DNA from: Catajapyx aquilonaris | Lineage: Eukaryota | Assembly (NCBI GenBank): GCA_000934665.2 | Contig: JYFJ02000986.1 | Location: 1 to 64,000 of the forward strand | Direction: 5' to 3' | Length of the DNA stretch: 64,000 bases | Shown here: positions 1-13,040 of the stretch, one piece after another | Layout: each line of letters starts with the position of its first letter | How positions within the stretch are numbered: the stretch's first letter is position 1 | The notes under the pieces: model-generated | The model's database searches: none | What the model was told of the DNA's origin: nothing | What the model saw: the letters and a program-made list of their open reading frames with translations, nothing else | Position numbers and translations under genes: made by a program

Positions 1-1230
1 TATTTTTGAAAGACGTAATTAAAGCGATTCGCCAATTTTCGTCAAAATCTGACAACCCAAGGGTCAGGGGGCTCGGTGAATTGACATGGAATGACCCTGC
101 TCTATGATAGTTTTAAAATGTTCATCAAGCAAGAACGGCATATAAGGCAGCGATAATTTTATCATCAAAAATGAATTGAGGCCATGATGTCTCAAAATAT
201 GATTATGATTATGATGACGTTGAACCAAAGTGCAAATAAAGCCCCAGTTAGTTTCTCCGATGTGGTGCGGCAGAAACACTTAATCTGCATATTTTGTATG
301 CATATGGTGCGAGAGCGGGGAAATTAATTTTAGCAGCATCCAAGCGTAGGAATTGCAAAAACAGGCGTGATTATCGGCGTGCATTAACCGGCAACTTTTG
401 ACCCCAATTAGCTGTTGGGCAATCAGGACAGGACACAGAATGAGGCGTGGTCTCAGCCCCCAATTTCTTGCGGACAAAGATAAAAGAGCTAGTCTCATGA
501 GTCGGCTTGGTGCTGGTATGGTGCTGGTATAGGGGCATGGGATTTGGCTTTCAGCCTGATTCCTCATTAGACTTGATGTTTCGCTATATGCCAAATGTTT
601 TTAACTTCAGACCTCTCATTATTGGAGATAGTCATTTCTTCGCATCATTATGTTTACAAGTAAGTTCACTACTAACTTGAGTAAGCGATATTTAAATGAA
701 AATTAATATCAAAGTACACCACTACTGATAGAGTATTGTACAATAACGTACAGTATATTGTCACTAAATCAATTGAACATATTTATGGGCTCATATAATA
801 TTATGTAATTGAACATGATAGAAACAAGCAGCGTTATCTAAATAAGCGATTCTTGGTTTTTTCACTCTAATGAGAATAAGAAAATTAATTCCACTGAACA
901 GCTTACTACCCTACTAATGTTACTCATCAGTACGTGTAAATTGAGCAAATGTGCACCTCATCCTCCCACTAAGTCTCTGCTAACAGCCCGCTTCTGCTAA
1001 TCGGGATTCTCAAATGAGCTTTTTCGTGGTTACTGTGGTTACTAGTTGTTGACATCAGTAGTTCTAATTAGCAGAAGGACCAAAAACTTTACAATCCTCA
1101 TCGGGAGAATATACTGTATAGTGATTTCTGAGCCAACATTCCGTTTGTCATCCCTTCCGGTTTAAGGTAAGGTATGAGATTCCAAAATATACGGATCGAG
1201 TTTTTGGACACTTTTTCAGGTAGGCCTATA

Positions 1231-1755
1231 CAGGGTGTTTCTTACTAGTAGGTCAAGCCGCAAATGGCATATTCCTTGGCCCAAACCAAGTCTAAAATGT
1301 AGGAGGGAGAAATATCGAGGGACCAGCCTGTAACGAGGTAGACAACCAGAAACATTGGCCTACCCCTAGACACAGACGGCAACACACATGGCGCCCCTTT
1401 GTAGGGAGATCTCCTGGCAGATGGGGTTGCCTAGGGAGCAGGATAAAGGGGTGATAATCATGACCGATGGGATTTTGCGAGATCGCCTCTTTCGCACAAG
1501 TGATTATCACACTCATATTCTGCTCTCTATGCAACCCCTGTAAGGCGCACGAGTCCCTCTGCCAGGAAATCTCCCTACAAAGAGACCAGAGGCGCCGTGT
1601 GTGTTGCTGCCTGTGACTAGGGGTATGCCAATGTTTCTGGTCGTCTATCTCGTTACGGGTTGGTCCCTCGACATTTCTGCTCTCTACATTTTAGACTTGG
1701 TTCGGGCCAAGGAATATGCCACTTGTGGCTTGACCTACTAGGAAGAAACACCCTG
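1231..1755. mobile_element. Tc1/mariner-type MITE (CAGGGTG termini, long TIRs)
   Basis: TA|CAGGGTGTTTCTTACTAGTAGGTCAAGCC ... GGCTTGACCTACTAGGAAGAAACACCCTG|TA. Imperfect inverted arms of roughly 190 bp; TA TSD. Confidence 0.85.
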
Positions 1756-4671
1756 TATAGTACAGTATTTATATTTTCAGTTGATAAAAGTTGAAAGCTT
1801 GAACGTCATCATTTACCATCTTTAGAATTTTGAAATTGTTACATTTTCTTCACCTGCAACCCATTTTTTGTTGATAACTCATCGTCAAGTAGTATGGTAG
1901 TGTGCAATTTTTATGAACGAGGAAAGCAATGTATCTGTTCATTAAAACGCTACATATTACTTCTGCTGATATTCTGCACGTATGAAACATATCTTACCTT
2001 GCCCATTACTATCTTTAGTTTTCAATGGAATTAAATAATTTTTTGTTCTAACTGTAAGCAGAAAGGGTTCCATGTAAAATATGCATATCCTGAATGAATT
2101 TGAATCATTAGCGCAACTTGCAACACTCGTTAAACGTATTTTTCAAAAATCCCGATTGCAAAAAAGGGCTGTCAAAAACGCCAGGAGGAATGAAACAAGC
2201 CGGAACGGATTACATAAAAGCTCCCATCCCCTTCAATTGAATTATCCCCGTGTTCCTGAATGACAGCTAAGAGTCGAACCCAATGACTGGACGTAACTTC
2301 TGCTAATATGATTTCAGCCCCTTGTCAATTATCTTATCTTTAGTCCAATTAATATCTAGTGAAGCGGCATCCGCGCAGAAGAAATGTGCCCTCCGGAGAC
2401 ACGGTGAGAAATAACTTGCTGCCCACCTCCCATGAAAAACGGGGTCTATTCACACCGTGACGTCAAGCAGGCGCAACACCCTGACTGAAGCGTCGGATTA
2501 AGTTGATTCTACTGGAAGCAGAAGTGACAAGCCAGATTTTTTTAAAGAAGATTCCTGCTCCTCACCCTCCAGAAAAAAGCTGGCTCATCTTTTTCACCAG
2601 AAGCGCCCCTCTCTCATCCCTGCCCGTATTGTCCGGGCCAGCAAGTACAAGGGAAGGTCGTTCTTCCTGGAAGCCAATCATTCATCAATCAATGGCCTAC
2701 CCCGATTGAAAGCTCCTTTTCCTTCCCTACTTTCTTTCCATCCATCGCCCCTTATAATGCATCATTTACCAGCCGATATCCAGGGAGAGCTCCAGCCTGC
2801 CTGATGCAGGCTTCAGACACCCGCCCCCATCCCAACCTCCCCAAAAAATCGAGTCCAGATTAGTTCGGGGAGAAGAAAATTGCGTGCCTCATTTCATCCT
2901 GATGGGATATTGCCACACTCCACTATGGCCGTTCTTGCACACGTTAAATAATAATGAGCGCATAGTCCGCGTTCTGTCGCGGCTTGGGATGCACTATGAA
3001 CATGAGTGATGCAGTTTTGGTCGATCATTTTGTCATTGCTCAGGTTTTTGTCGCCAGTATTACCAAGCGAAGCAGGTGTTTTAACAAGACGAAAGTTCCA
3101 AACATCCAGTTTCATGGCAAATAAGTTATATTAATAAACCTTCGGGCTTTCCAAACATTCCAAATATTTCGTCACTTCTCTTTATCAAATCTTCATGATC
3201 ATTAAGTTCTATCTACTCCAAGCTTAAGTAGTAAAAATAGTAGAAGAAACCAAAAGAAATCAAATCCTACATACCTGGATTAGTTACACGCAAAGAGTCA
3301 CTCATTTCCCCTGTAAATATTTTCTGTTTTGTTTTAATTACAGGGGCCAGAAAACAGTGGCAATACTATTTTATCGGCATGAATATGTCACATGCAGACT
3401 TACTCATACATAGAGTCTCATAGAGCACTTGCAAGCTGCTGGATAATGCTCGGTAGGAGAAAAATCTATACCGGTATCCAGGAAAGTTTTTCTCAGATTG
3501 AAATAAAAGCACGCAGCATGTAGTGCGTTCCATGTACAGTAAATGTCGGCAGCAGTTACCGTAGTGATTTTCCGCCCTAAGGAGTTAATAATTTTTATGT
3601 GTCACCTTTCTGGTCCATTTTATGTTGCTGTTGTATGAGTACAGTACCTACAGGTATTCCTGCCTCTGTTTATTTTCCTATTGGATTGTACTACGGTTTG
3701 ATTGACATGCACACCCGTCCCGTCACGCATTGCAACATGTGTTCAACCTATACAGTCATATAAGCCACCTTCGAGGCCCTTGGTTCAGCTGACACCTGGC
3801 TGGCCACTAGTCATTCCTTTACCTCTTCACCTTATCCCTTCACATCCCTTTTCTGTTTACGGCAAATAAACTGTACTGAACTGCAACCCAGATCTTAGTG
3901 TACCTAATTCCGGTCACATATGCAATTAGTTTGGAAAAGTACTTTCCGAGGTTATTAGACATATTAGCTGCTAATATTTTTGTCGAAAGGTACAATATGT
4001 TTACTGCTTTGAAAAAATGGGTCCAACCAAGAGCTCTTGGTCCAACACAGACCTCAGATGCCATCAGTTAAAATAGGCTTTATCGCAATGTGTTTTAAGC
4101 TCGCAAAATCTCAATTCAGGGCCTAACTGAATGATTACACGGCATTACTGGTAGCTAATATTTGTATAGCAGCTTTATAATATCCAGTCTAGTAACAAAA
4201 ATTACTTACACTATACATACAGTTCAGTTGGTACACTGCATAAAAACATGTTCAATTTCCAGTTCATTGAGTACCGGTCTAAAGACATATTTACAACATA
4301 GAAAAACACGTGGTAACAAAGGATCCAGGTCATCCAGGTTCACAATCACTCATTGGAAACATTCATAACCGAGAAGTTCGGAGAAGTTCCGATCGTTTTT
4401 CCTGAATAACATCTGCCTACTTTGGCACGAATTCTTCAATGATGTCACAGATGTGTTTGTCCAAAAGTGTTGTTTATAATGGAGCAAACAAGTCACTACA
4501 TCGTCAAGTAGTGACACATTATTTGCAAATTAACACTGCAATTCAAATGTTAAACGGAGAAAAAAACATGATGTGGCGTTTAAAAGAGCAATCAAGTAAT
4601 TGTGAGTTTACCCCGAAGCAGTTGCTTCCACGACGTCTTTGCCACCTCTCGCACAGTATTCCAATGATGTA

Positions 4672-4884
4672 CAGTCGGTTAAAGGAGTATGTTACCAGAC
4701 CACTAACCTAGAAATTAGCCTCCAACAGAGGTGCTGCCTAAGGGAGTGAGATTTATTGTATCAGGGGGAAGAACAGAGGTGCTGTTTCCCCCTGATACAA
4801 TAAATCTCACTCCCCTAGGCAGCACCTCTGTTGGAGGCTAATTTCTAGGTTAGGGGTCTGGTAACATACTCCTTTAGCCGACTG
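4672..4884. mobile_element. Palindromic TA-flanked MITE (CAGTCGG termini)
   Basis: TA|CAGTCGGTTAAAGGAGTATGTTACCAGACC ... GGTCTGGTAACATACTCCTTTAGCCGACTG|TA. Near-perfect arms of about 100 bp. Confidence 0.88.
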
Positions 4885-5837
4885 TACGTTTTTCTCCTTA
4901 TTTGTAAAAATAAATGCCGCAACAGAAGGCCTGCTATATACGGAGGAAAGCCAGCCAGTGCCTAATTATCAATACTGAAGAAATGCCTTTAAATATTACT
5001 GCTGGTAGGAATTTTAACTGACCCAGTCATTAGGCCACTGCAGTTGGTTTGTAACATTTCAGTTCCTGTTGTAGAGAAGCATTGCTATGTGAACAAGTAC
5101 TTAAACTTCATGGCTACACTGCGAGTATTGTGCATAACTTTGTTCTGCCAAAGTGGCATCCCCACCTCGCTTTTATGGTATAAAAATGCATTACGCAGGA
5201 AGTCACTCAAAGCTGCAGAGCCACTAAAACTATGTTTACAGTAAACTCTCTGATTAAGTATTTTTGGGGCCGACTTTTACGGCCCCTGTAACTCAGAGCC
5301 TATTGTTATCTTGTCTGTTAGTTCACCGGGAAAAGTTGTTCTGGGTAAGTGCACACTGCAGCAGGACTGAGAAGTGGTAGGGGTGGGGAAGGGAATGGAA
5401 GAAAAAAATGAAAGAGATTTTATCGGTCACCGTCGGAAAGCCAGAAAAGCAGAGAGAAAGTGGAGGAGTAGTTTATTTGCACTTATTTATTTGGGGTGTC
5501 TGGACTCACAAAGGCGCTTTGCCACCTTGATAAAACGGCGCCATTTGTATCGGGGACAAAGTGCCACAGGGTGCAATTGCATCCACGCATTTATTTTCCC
5601 CATCCCGGATTTTCCTTCCCGGATCTAGTTGATGACGCTCTCTCGGGACTAATACAATCCGGGGCAAAATTGTCCTTTTGCACACAAAAAATCATATCAT
5701 ACTCCATAGCAGAACGGATCATTTCCATGTGTATAGTTACATTCAAGCCGGTCAAATAGTGAGGTTGACTTTTGCCCATTTCGAGATAGCCTCTAAACGC
5801 AACGTATAGACAGACGGGGTTGGTATGGACTACTGGG

Positions 5838-5986
5838 CAAGGGGGTAACCACTCGACTGAAAAGTGTACACTGGAGTACCAAAATTCAAGGAGTACCAAG
5901 GAGTACCAAAAAGTAAAGTACCTAAGGAGTACCTGGGAGTACCACTTGCAGGTGTACACCGGAGTACCGAAGTGATTACCCCCTTG
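5838..5986 (+). mobile_element. MITE with 8-bp TSD (hAT/P-type), internal GAGTACC repeats
   Basis: TIRs CAAGGGGGTAACCACT / AGTGATTACCCCCTTG. Perfect TSD CTACTGGG at 5830-5837 and 5987-5994. Second copy at 36915-37052. Confidence 0.85.
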
Positions 5987-8900
5987 CTACTGGGTGTTGC
6001 CATATGCTTCCGTTTACATCAGAACTCTGAAAGTCCAGTTAGTCAATTTATGCTGCAGAGGATAAATATAATTTGTGTGTGAATCCAATAAGTATTTCTT
6101 ACATGTTAATTGTCTCCATTACCCTATTCCTGAATATTCTCCCAATACATACGGTATAGGCCTACTCGATGATGATGCATGGTAGCCTACTGTTGCAACT
6201 CTGCTTTAAAGCAGGGGGCATAATTGTGTCTCATGCAGTCGCGTCCAGATCTAGACATCTTATGTTATGTGTTAATAATTTTATTTTTATCATTCCAGGT
6301 CGTCAGTGCAACATGACCGGTATAAAAAAGAAATATGGTTGGGATCGTCAGGATTCGTCGAATTTTTTTCGGAACAAGTGAGCCGCTAAACAAAATATCG
6401 GAAAAGGTAAGCCTTCCGTATTTTTCTGGCATTGTGAACATTTTTGACGACACCAGATGGCTGTCTGGGGAAAGAAACTGAGATAACAAAAGACTCGCGA
6501 TTATTTTTTGTTCTGCCTTTTTTGTGTTCCTTCTGTTCACTGGGACTACATAGATGGCGGTGTTGTCAGATTGTATAGGGCTGGCAGGAAGGCTCATTGT
6601 GCAAGTCTAGAGGCGAGGATACGTGATCCGATTTGCTCGGAACGCAACGTGAGCCCCGGAAAAAGGCCTTCGGGGGACTCTGGCCTCCATACAAATGGCA
6701 GCAGCAGATGCCAAAAATGGCGCGAACACGTGCCTAACCCCCACCATTTTAGACCAATTTTTTAAAGTGGCCGGAGACACATTTTTGACAAAAAAAAATT
6801 GCCGTCTCTTTATTATCATTAATAAAAATCAAAATATCTGAAGAGGTGTTAATAATATTTCTATCAATATACTTCTCGGCAGGACAGGCAAAAATGATTT
6901 TCCTTTCCTAGAGAAGGCACCTTGGCAGGAGACACAATTTTGTAAAATCTGTGTGAATTTACAGGAAAATATTTCAACTTATAATTATATTATTAAGGCC
7001 TGTCTATTTTCATTGCTTTAAATTCCTTTATTTACTACAGAAAACCAGGCAAATTTAAACAGCTACTGTAGTAATGTGAAGTGGTGTGTCGCGCAGTGCT
7101 ATGTACCCAAAACACCTACAATAGTTCAATGATTCTGGAATATTCTAGAAAAACTAATTCAGTCGACATTAGAAAATATTCGTAATTCGTAATCGGAGGA
7201 CCTTAGGGGGTTGTTTAATAGCCGGTAAATCAATAACAAGTGGTTGATACATACAATAATTCACATTCACATACTGAAATAAACAATATATTGTCCTGCA
7301 CTTACCATCAATCAAGAGGAAGGCCTACTGCAGTCCAGATATCATAACATGATCTTATCGAGGGCGCAGAATCCTTGGGAGAGCTATAAATTCAAAGGCT
7401 GCGATGACGGATATCATTGCAGAGCTGCTGCTAAACCTCTGGCAAAGATATCAGCACTTTGAGTTAATATCCCGACCACCGCAGCCGCAGCATGCATAGG
7501 ACTAATCCCCGCATAATAAAAACTACCATTTGTAAAAATTGTCAGATATTTGTTAACCGTCAGCTAGGTTAACAACTGTTAACGGTTAACGAGTAGGTCA
7601 GTGTTAATTAAGTACATCATTTACAAAGCGGTTAAATGTTATTTAAAATTATTTCACTTTCCGACAATGAGAAAATCTGACGCACTTGTTGTTACTTGCA
7701 CGCCAGGAAGAAATTATATCAATAATCACTTTTATAAGGGTTTTTGGGAATGGATGCACTTTACCGATTACTCGAAGATATTTGTACTGCTTTGTGCAGC
7801 TTGAGTAGGCTACTTAGCTGAAGTTTGGCAGCGGGTCATAAAAGAGTAATACTCATCATATACTGTACTGTACAAAGGAGTCCACATATGTAACCAGAAC
7901 CCTTTGTCTAACGTACAATAGGTCCATGCAAATGATCAAGATCTTTTTATCATCTCGCTGCGTGTACCCTTAGGAAGCCACATGTGTAAGAGTGAACATC
8001 ACATTAAATATTGATGAATACACGACGATGGATGAAAGTATCTCAGAGATATCCTGAACGCACATTTTAACTTTAAACTGTTTAAAGGAACTAAACTGAC
8101 ACACACTGCAGAGGCTGTAGATTTCGTGTGTTTCTGGGATCTTGAGTCAAGGATAATTAGAATCAAATCTGTTTCAATGCTCTCCGAGAAGCACCTCCTA
8201 ATGGTTATTCAAGCCAGTGCTGCTGTATATCTATCATTTACGTTGTGCATCTACTCGTAAATGCACATCTGAAAAAATCTACTATCGCCTTCTTTCATGG
8301 TGAAATAAGCATTTCCATTGATCCCACAGGCTGAGTCCATTTCTGGGCTTTATTCCAATGCGTATTTGGTGCTTGTATATGTTGACGCAAACCTCGGAAA
8401 GATTGGGAAATGCAACGGAGTAAAATGAACCATTTTTGGTCTATTCGGGCACAAAAATATCTCGAGTCAGAACGTCAGTATTTTTTCACCATCTAAGAAT
8501 TCATGGTATAGCACTGAGTTCGTGGTTATTTTTAAACAGGTTCTTTAAACTTGGCTTCTCACCCTGTTCTCACCACCGTGCTACATGTTGTATGCAGAAG
8601 AGTGAGTCAGAGTACAAAACTGACCAGCTTTATCCCTTATCCCATATGCGTTACCATAATTATTATCAACAGATTTCGTATATGATAACAGTATTTTTTC
8701 TTGCTCGTTACATAAACCACTGATTGGTACAATTTTGCTGAAAGTAAGTCAAGCGCATATCAGCAGGGGGCTTGTTTGCATAAAAAGTGTTTTTCTTGTA
8801 AATGACCTCGCATGTCACCCAGAGAAAAAAATTCTGCCGACGTGATTTACGCGCGCACGCAACCCGTCTTTGCCAACTTTGGAGTAATTCAGCGCAAAAC

Positions 8901-10017
8901 TCAGTGGGCCGAGAAAATCGCAATCGCGCCTCGTCACACACGCTGCCAAAAAAGAACCGACCTTGTATTTATGTAAACACACATATCTGCTTTTCACGCG
9001 CCGGTGGAGTCGCTTTCATCCAGTTCACTATAGGATACAAACTGATGTCGTTGTTTTCAACCCACAAACGCATTTTTTTTATAGTTCATCGTTGCCTCCC
9101 GGGCAGCTTTTTAAAATGCGGTCAAATTTATACTGCATGATTCACAGGGCGATTCAGAAAATATACCCAAAATGCTGCAGTCGTCAGATACGTATATCCG
9201 TTTTTGATGAAGTAATATTGTACCACAGACGACAGCTAAGAGACGCCAGAAAATTATTCACGTAAGGTTCAAGAACAACTAAATAATCAATATATGTTGT
9301 CAGAAAAGCTATCTACATTTATGCGCGTAAGAGTTAAATAGGTTTCAGCATAGGATTCAAATCACCCTGTACAAAGCATAGTGCTCATAAATCTGTCCTT
9401 AAAGTTCCACAGCTAAACCCTAAATGCCTGTTTTAAAATTCTGCTTCCCAAAACGCCTAGAGTGTATAATACCCTAGTGTTACTCTAATGATGTAATATA
9501 CACCCTCCTTTTTGGTCCAAGTTCGTGAAAATATTAAAAGTTATGTGAAGATAGTCTGGTACAAAAAAGAAGGTCATCCTGCGGTCTTGTTAGGAAAGTT
9601 TATTGCGAGGGTTTTGGCTGGAAAGAGCGAAGGGAAGGGTGAGACTTTCGTTTGGCAAGCAGGCCAGAAACACGCTTATTCCCACTTAGTCATTACCACT
9701 TAAGTCAATTAGGCGATGTAATTAGCTCAGGCGACGTTCCGGCGACATCATGTTGATTAGCTGGGCTCCGACTAATTATCCCCCGCAATTATCGGGAAAT
9801 TTTCGCTGTCGTAAGGAGGAAGGCGAGTCAAGTCGCTCGAATCCTGTCCTAACTCACCACTTATTAACCTTCTTAACTTACTCCAAGTTCTGATACACCC
9901 ATGTGCACTGCATCATTACATATTAATGATGTGGGTCTCCTCTTATCATCACATTTATCACATTTACGCCCTACTATTAAGATCCGATATCTTGAATCAT
10001 TCAACTTAGGGAAGATC

Positions 10018-11226
10018 CAAGGGAAGATCACGGGGTGATAATGACGGATCTTTATGAAATTTATCATGCTAATACAGGACAATATATGATACCCAAAAAT
10101 GAAATATTTCGTGCGGAACCCCATATTTGCAAAAGTTATCGCGTCTTAAAGTTCCAAAAATAAGACATTTTCATACTCCATGGGATTACATTAGCGACCA
10201 CATATAATGACATTGAAGTGTGTAATCAGTTTCTAGACCTTTTCTCATCGGAAAAAGTCATACAGAACGGCTCTGGCCGTCCGTCCGTCCGTCCGTCTGT
10301 GGACAGGTATCAAGGCATAAACCGTAAGAGATAGCGACAAACGGTTTTCATATTCGGATTGAGCGTGACCAAAATAGGTTTCATGGTCAACTTCTGGTGA
10401 CCCGCCACTTCCGGTCTTCCGGGTTCACTCTATCTGCACAAGTCTACTTTACGGGCGGGTTATCGTTGGATTTCGAAGTTAGTTTCCGTGTATTCCTGAC
10501 CGTGCTTTTCGGGGATTTACTCCGGGTTTTACCTGACTCTCTGGCACAGGGGCTGTGGAATTTATTCCTGACGTTGGACATGTTTGCAATGAGCGTCATC
10601 GGCCGCCATGGTGTTATCGCCCAAGCCGATACTGGAATCGATATGTTGCCTAGGTTACGATATATCGATTCACATGCTCCCTGAAAGAATTAGAAAAGGT
10701 CTAATCGAAACACGCTCACGTGAGGTAAAACCCGGAGTAAATCCCCGAAAAACACGGTCAGGAATACACGGAAACTAACTTTGAAATCCAATGATAACCC
10801 GCCCGTAAACGTAAAGTAGACTTGTGCGGATAGAGTGAACCCGGAAGACCGGAAGTGGCGGGTCACCCTGACCATGAAACCTATTTTGGTCACGCTCAAT
10901 CCGAATATGAAAACCGTTTGTCGCTTAGGCCTTGATACCTGTCCACAGACGGCCACGGACGGACGGCCAGAGCCGTACTGTATGACTTTTTTCCGATGAG
11001 AAAAGGTCTAGAAACTGATTACACACTTCAATGTCATTATATGTGGTCGCTAATGTAATCCCACGGAGTATGAAAATGTCTTATTTTTGGAACTTTAAGA
11101 CGTCATAACTTTTGTAACTATGGGGTTCCGCACGAAATATTTCATTTTTGGGTATCATATATTGTCCTGTATTAGCATGTTAAATTTCATGAAGATCCGT
11201 CATTATCACCCCGTGACCTTCCCTTG
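10018..11226. mobile_element. Foldback element, ~510-bp arms, CAAGGGAAG termini
   Basis: 10018-10534 is the reverse complement of 10723-11226 with few mismatches, around a ~190-bp spacer. The arms contain a (CCGT)n tract. Confidence 0.85.
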
Positions 11227-11488
11227 TTAATATCATTCATGAGATACGATTAGCTGCATTAATTCAATGCAGTTTTAAAACATTATAAATGCTAGTGAGG
11301 CCAACATAATTATACACTTGCAAATTATATGGTTGTGATGTACTAGTACAGGGTTGTTTTGAAAACATAATGTGACACCAATTTCTTATCTTACCATTTA
11401 CAATTAAAATTAAAATTTCTCACATTCAGTCTAAATTCTCCTGTCGCCCATAGAAGTTCAAATAATCATAAATTTGCAATATTTCGAC

Positions 11489-11862
11489 CACGGCTGTAGA
11501 AGACTCAGGTTAGGTCACTCCCCACCCACCCCCTGCCGAAGGATTACGCACCGGGTGCTCCCTTGACACCGCCATGAGACATTTCCCAGAGCAATCATGT
11601 GGCGACCCTACCGGACTAAGGCTGAACTTTATAGGTACGAAAGGGGAGGGCTACATGCTGGCCCAACATGGCCGCCAGCGGCCATGTTGGGCCCCCCAAT
11701 GTAGCCCTCCCCTTTCGTACCTATAAAGTTCAGCCTTAGTCCGGTAGGGTCGCCACATGATTGCTCTGGGAAATGTCTCGTGGCGGTGTCAAGGGAGCAC
11801 CCGGTGCGTAATCCCTCGGCAGGTGACAAGCCCAGAAGATAGGGGTAAGTGTCCGTGGGCTG
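11489..11862 (+). mobile_element. 374-bp element with 8-bp TSD, dissimilar ends and internal ~290-bp palindrome (family unassigned)
   Basis: TSD ATTTCGAC at 11481-11488 and 11863-11870. Ends CACGGCTGTAG...GTGGGCTG. Palindrome at 11532-11823. Second copy at 61770-63579. Confidence 0.8.
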
Positions 11863-12154
11863 ATTTCGACCATTGCATCACCGCTGATCGTCGCCTTTTG
11901 GTAATTCCTGAGTTCGCACTATATTACGCACATTTTTCAAGGAAAAAACCTCAACTCTGGGAAAAAAAGGCGGGGCAATTTTAATGGCACATGCGAATAC
12001 CAACATTGCTGGTATTGCCACGTTGTGCCCGGGAATATATCAGAGACTAACTTGGAACGGGTTCTGAATGAGACATTTGACCGACACCCGTATTCCTCCC
12101 TGTGTCGCCCTTATACCATGAGAATAGTGACATGTTTCGCATATTGTACACATA

Positions 12155-12911
12155 CAGTGGAGCATCGATTATCCGAACCCCGATAAACCGAACCATCGGT
12201 TAACCGAACGTTTTCGGGTCGGCAAAAAAGAGAAAAAGCGCGATTTAGCCACCAAAAAACGAGCCTCGGCTCTCAAACAAAGGAAATTGGCCTCCCCCCC
12301 TAAACTGTAGGACTGCTTCGTGTAAGGACAGTAAGGTATAACTACAGTATTTTTAAGACGTTCCTGTGACAGAAAATATACAGTTTTGTGGTTAATATCA
12401 CTGTTTCTTAGTTTCATATTTGCTCCTATGACGCCGGTACAATTTTTTCCCGTAAATATAATAATAATAATAATAATACGAGTAATAATAATAATTGTGG
12501 GTAATGCTTTCACCCCCAACCGGGGGTATATCGCATGAACCTTTATTTATTTTTGTTCAAGTTTCTCAACTCAACTTCGGTGCAAGTAAACAAGGAAAGT
12601 GGGTAAGGATAGGGATTTTCGGGGAGGGAACATTGGTGCAAGTGCAATGTCGGTAAAGGGGTCATGTGCTGTTCCCCAGGAGGCTAGGTTTCCAGACACC
12701 TCCTTGGTGCAGGTCAGAAACCCTCCTGACGCAGGTGAAAGGAAAGTTCACCGGGCGAGGATCGAACCTGGGGCCTTTCACACAGCAAGCCGAGACGTTA
12801 CCATCTCGGCCACCACACCTCCCCTTTTCCCGTAAATGATCGGTTATCCGAACAATCAGTTATCCGAACACCCCCTTGACAGACTCTGTTCGGATAATTG
12901 ATGCTCCACTG
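12155..12911. mobile_element. pogo/Tigger-like MITE interrupted by a SINE
   Basis: TA|CAGTGGAGCATCGATTATCCGAAC ... GTTCGGATAATTGATGCTCCACTG|TA, with repeated CCGAAC subterminal motifs. Confidence 0.82.
12458..12824 (-). mobile_element. tRNA-derived SINE, head type B, (TTA)n tail
   Basis: On the minus strand, A box TGGCCGAGATGG and B box GGTTCGATCC. Tail GGGGGTGAAAGCATTACCCAC followed by ATT repeats. Perfect 13-bp TSD TTTTCCCGTAAAT at 12445-12457 and 12825-12837. Confidence 0.85.
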
Positions 12912-13000
12912 TACTATACGCACACACATTGGTCTTGCATATTATAGCCTCAGTCATTTGACTATTTACAGAAATGTTAATCACTGCACCTAGGTATAAC

Positions 13001-13040
13001 ATACTATACTATACTATACTATACTATACTATACTATACT
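13001..13040. repeat. (ATACT)n pentanucleotide microsatellite
   Basis: Eight tandem ATACT units. Confidence 0.9.

Noticed and set aside
5870..5970. CRISPR-like array (repeated GAGTACC; also 59148-59270)
   Set aside because: Repeats are too short or too few, with no unique regular spacers and no cas genes. The context is eukaryotic, and the 5.9-kb case lies inside a MITE.
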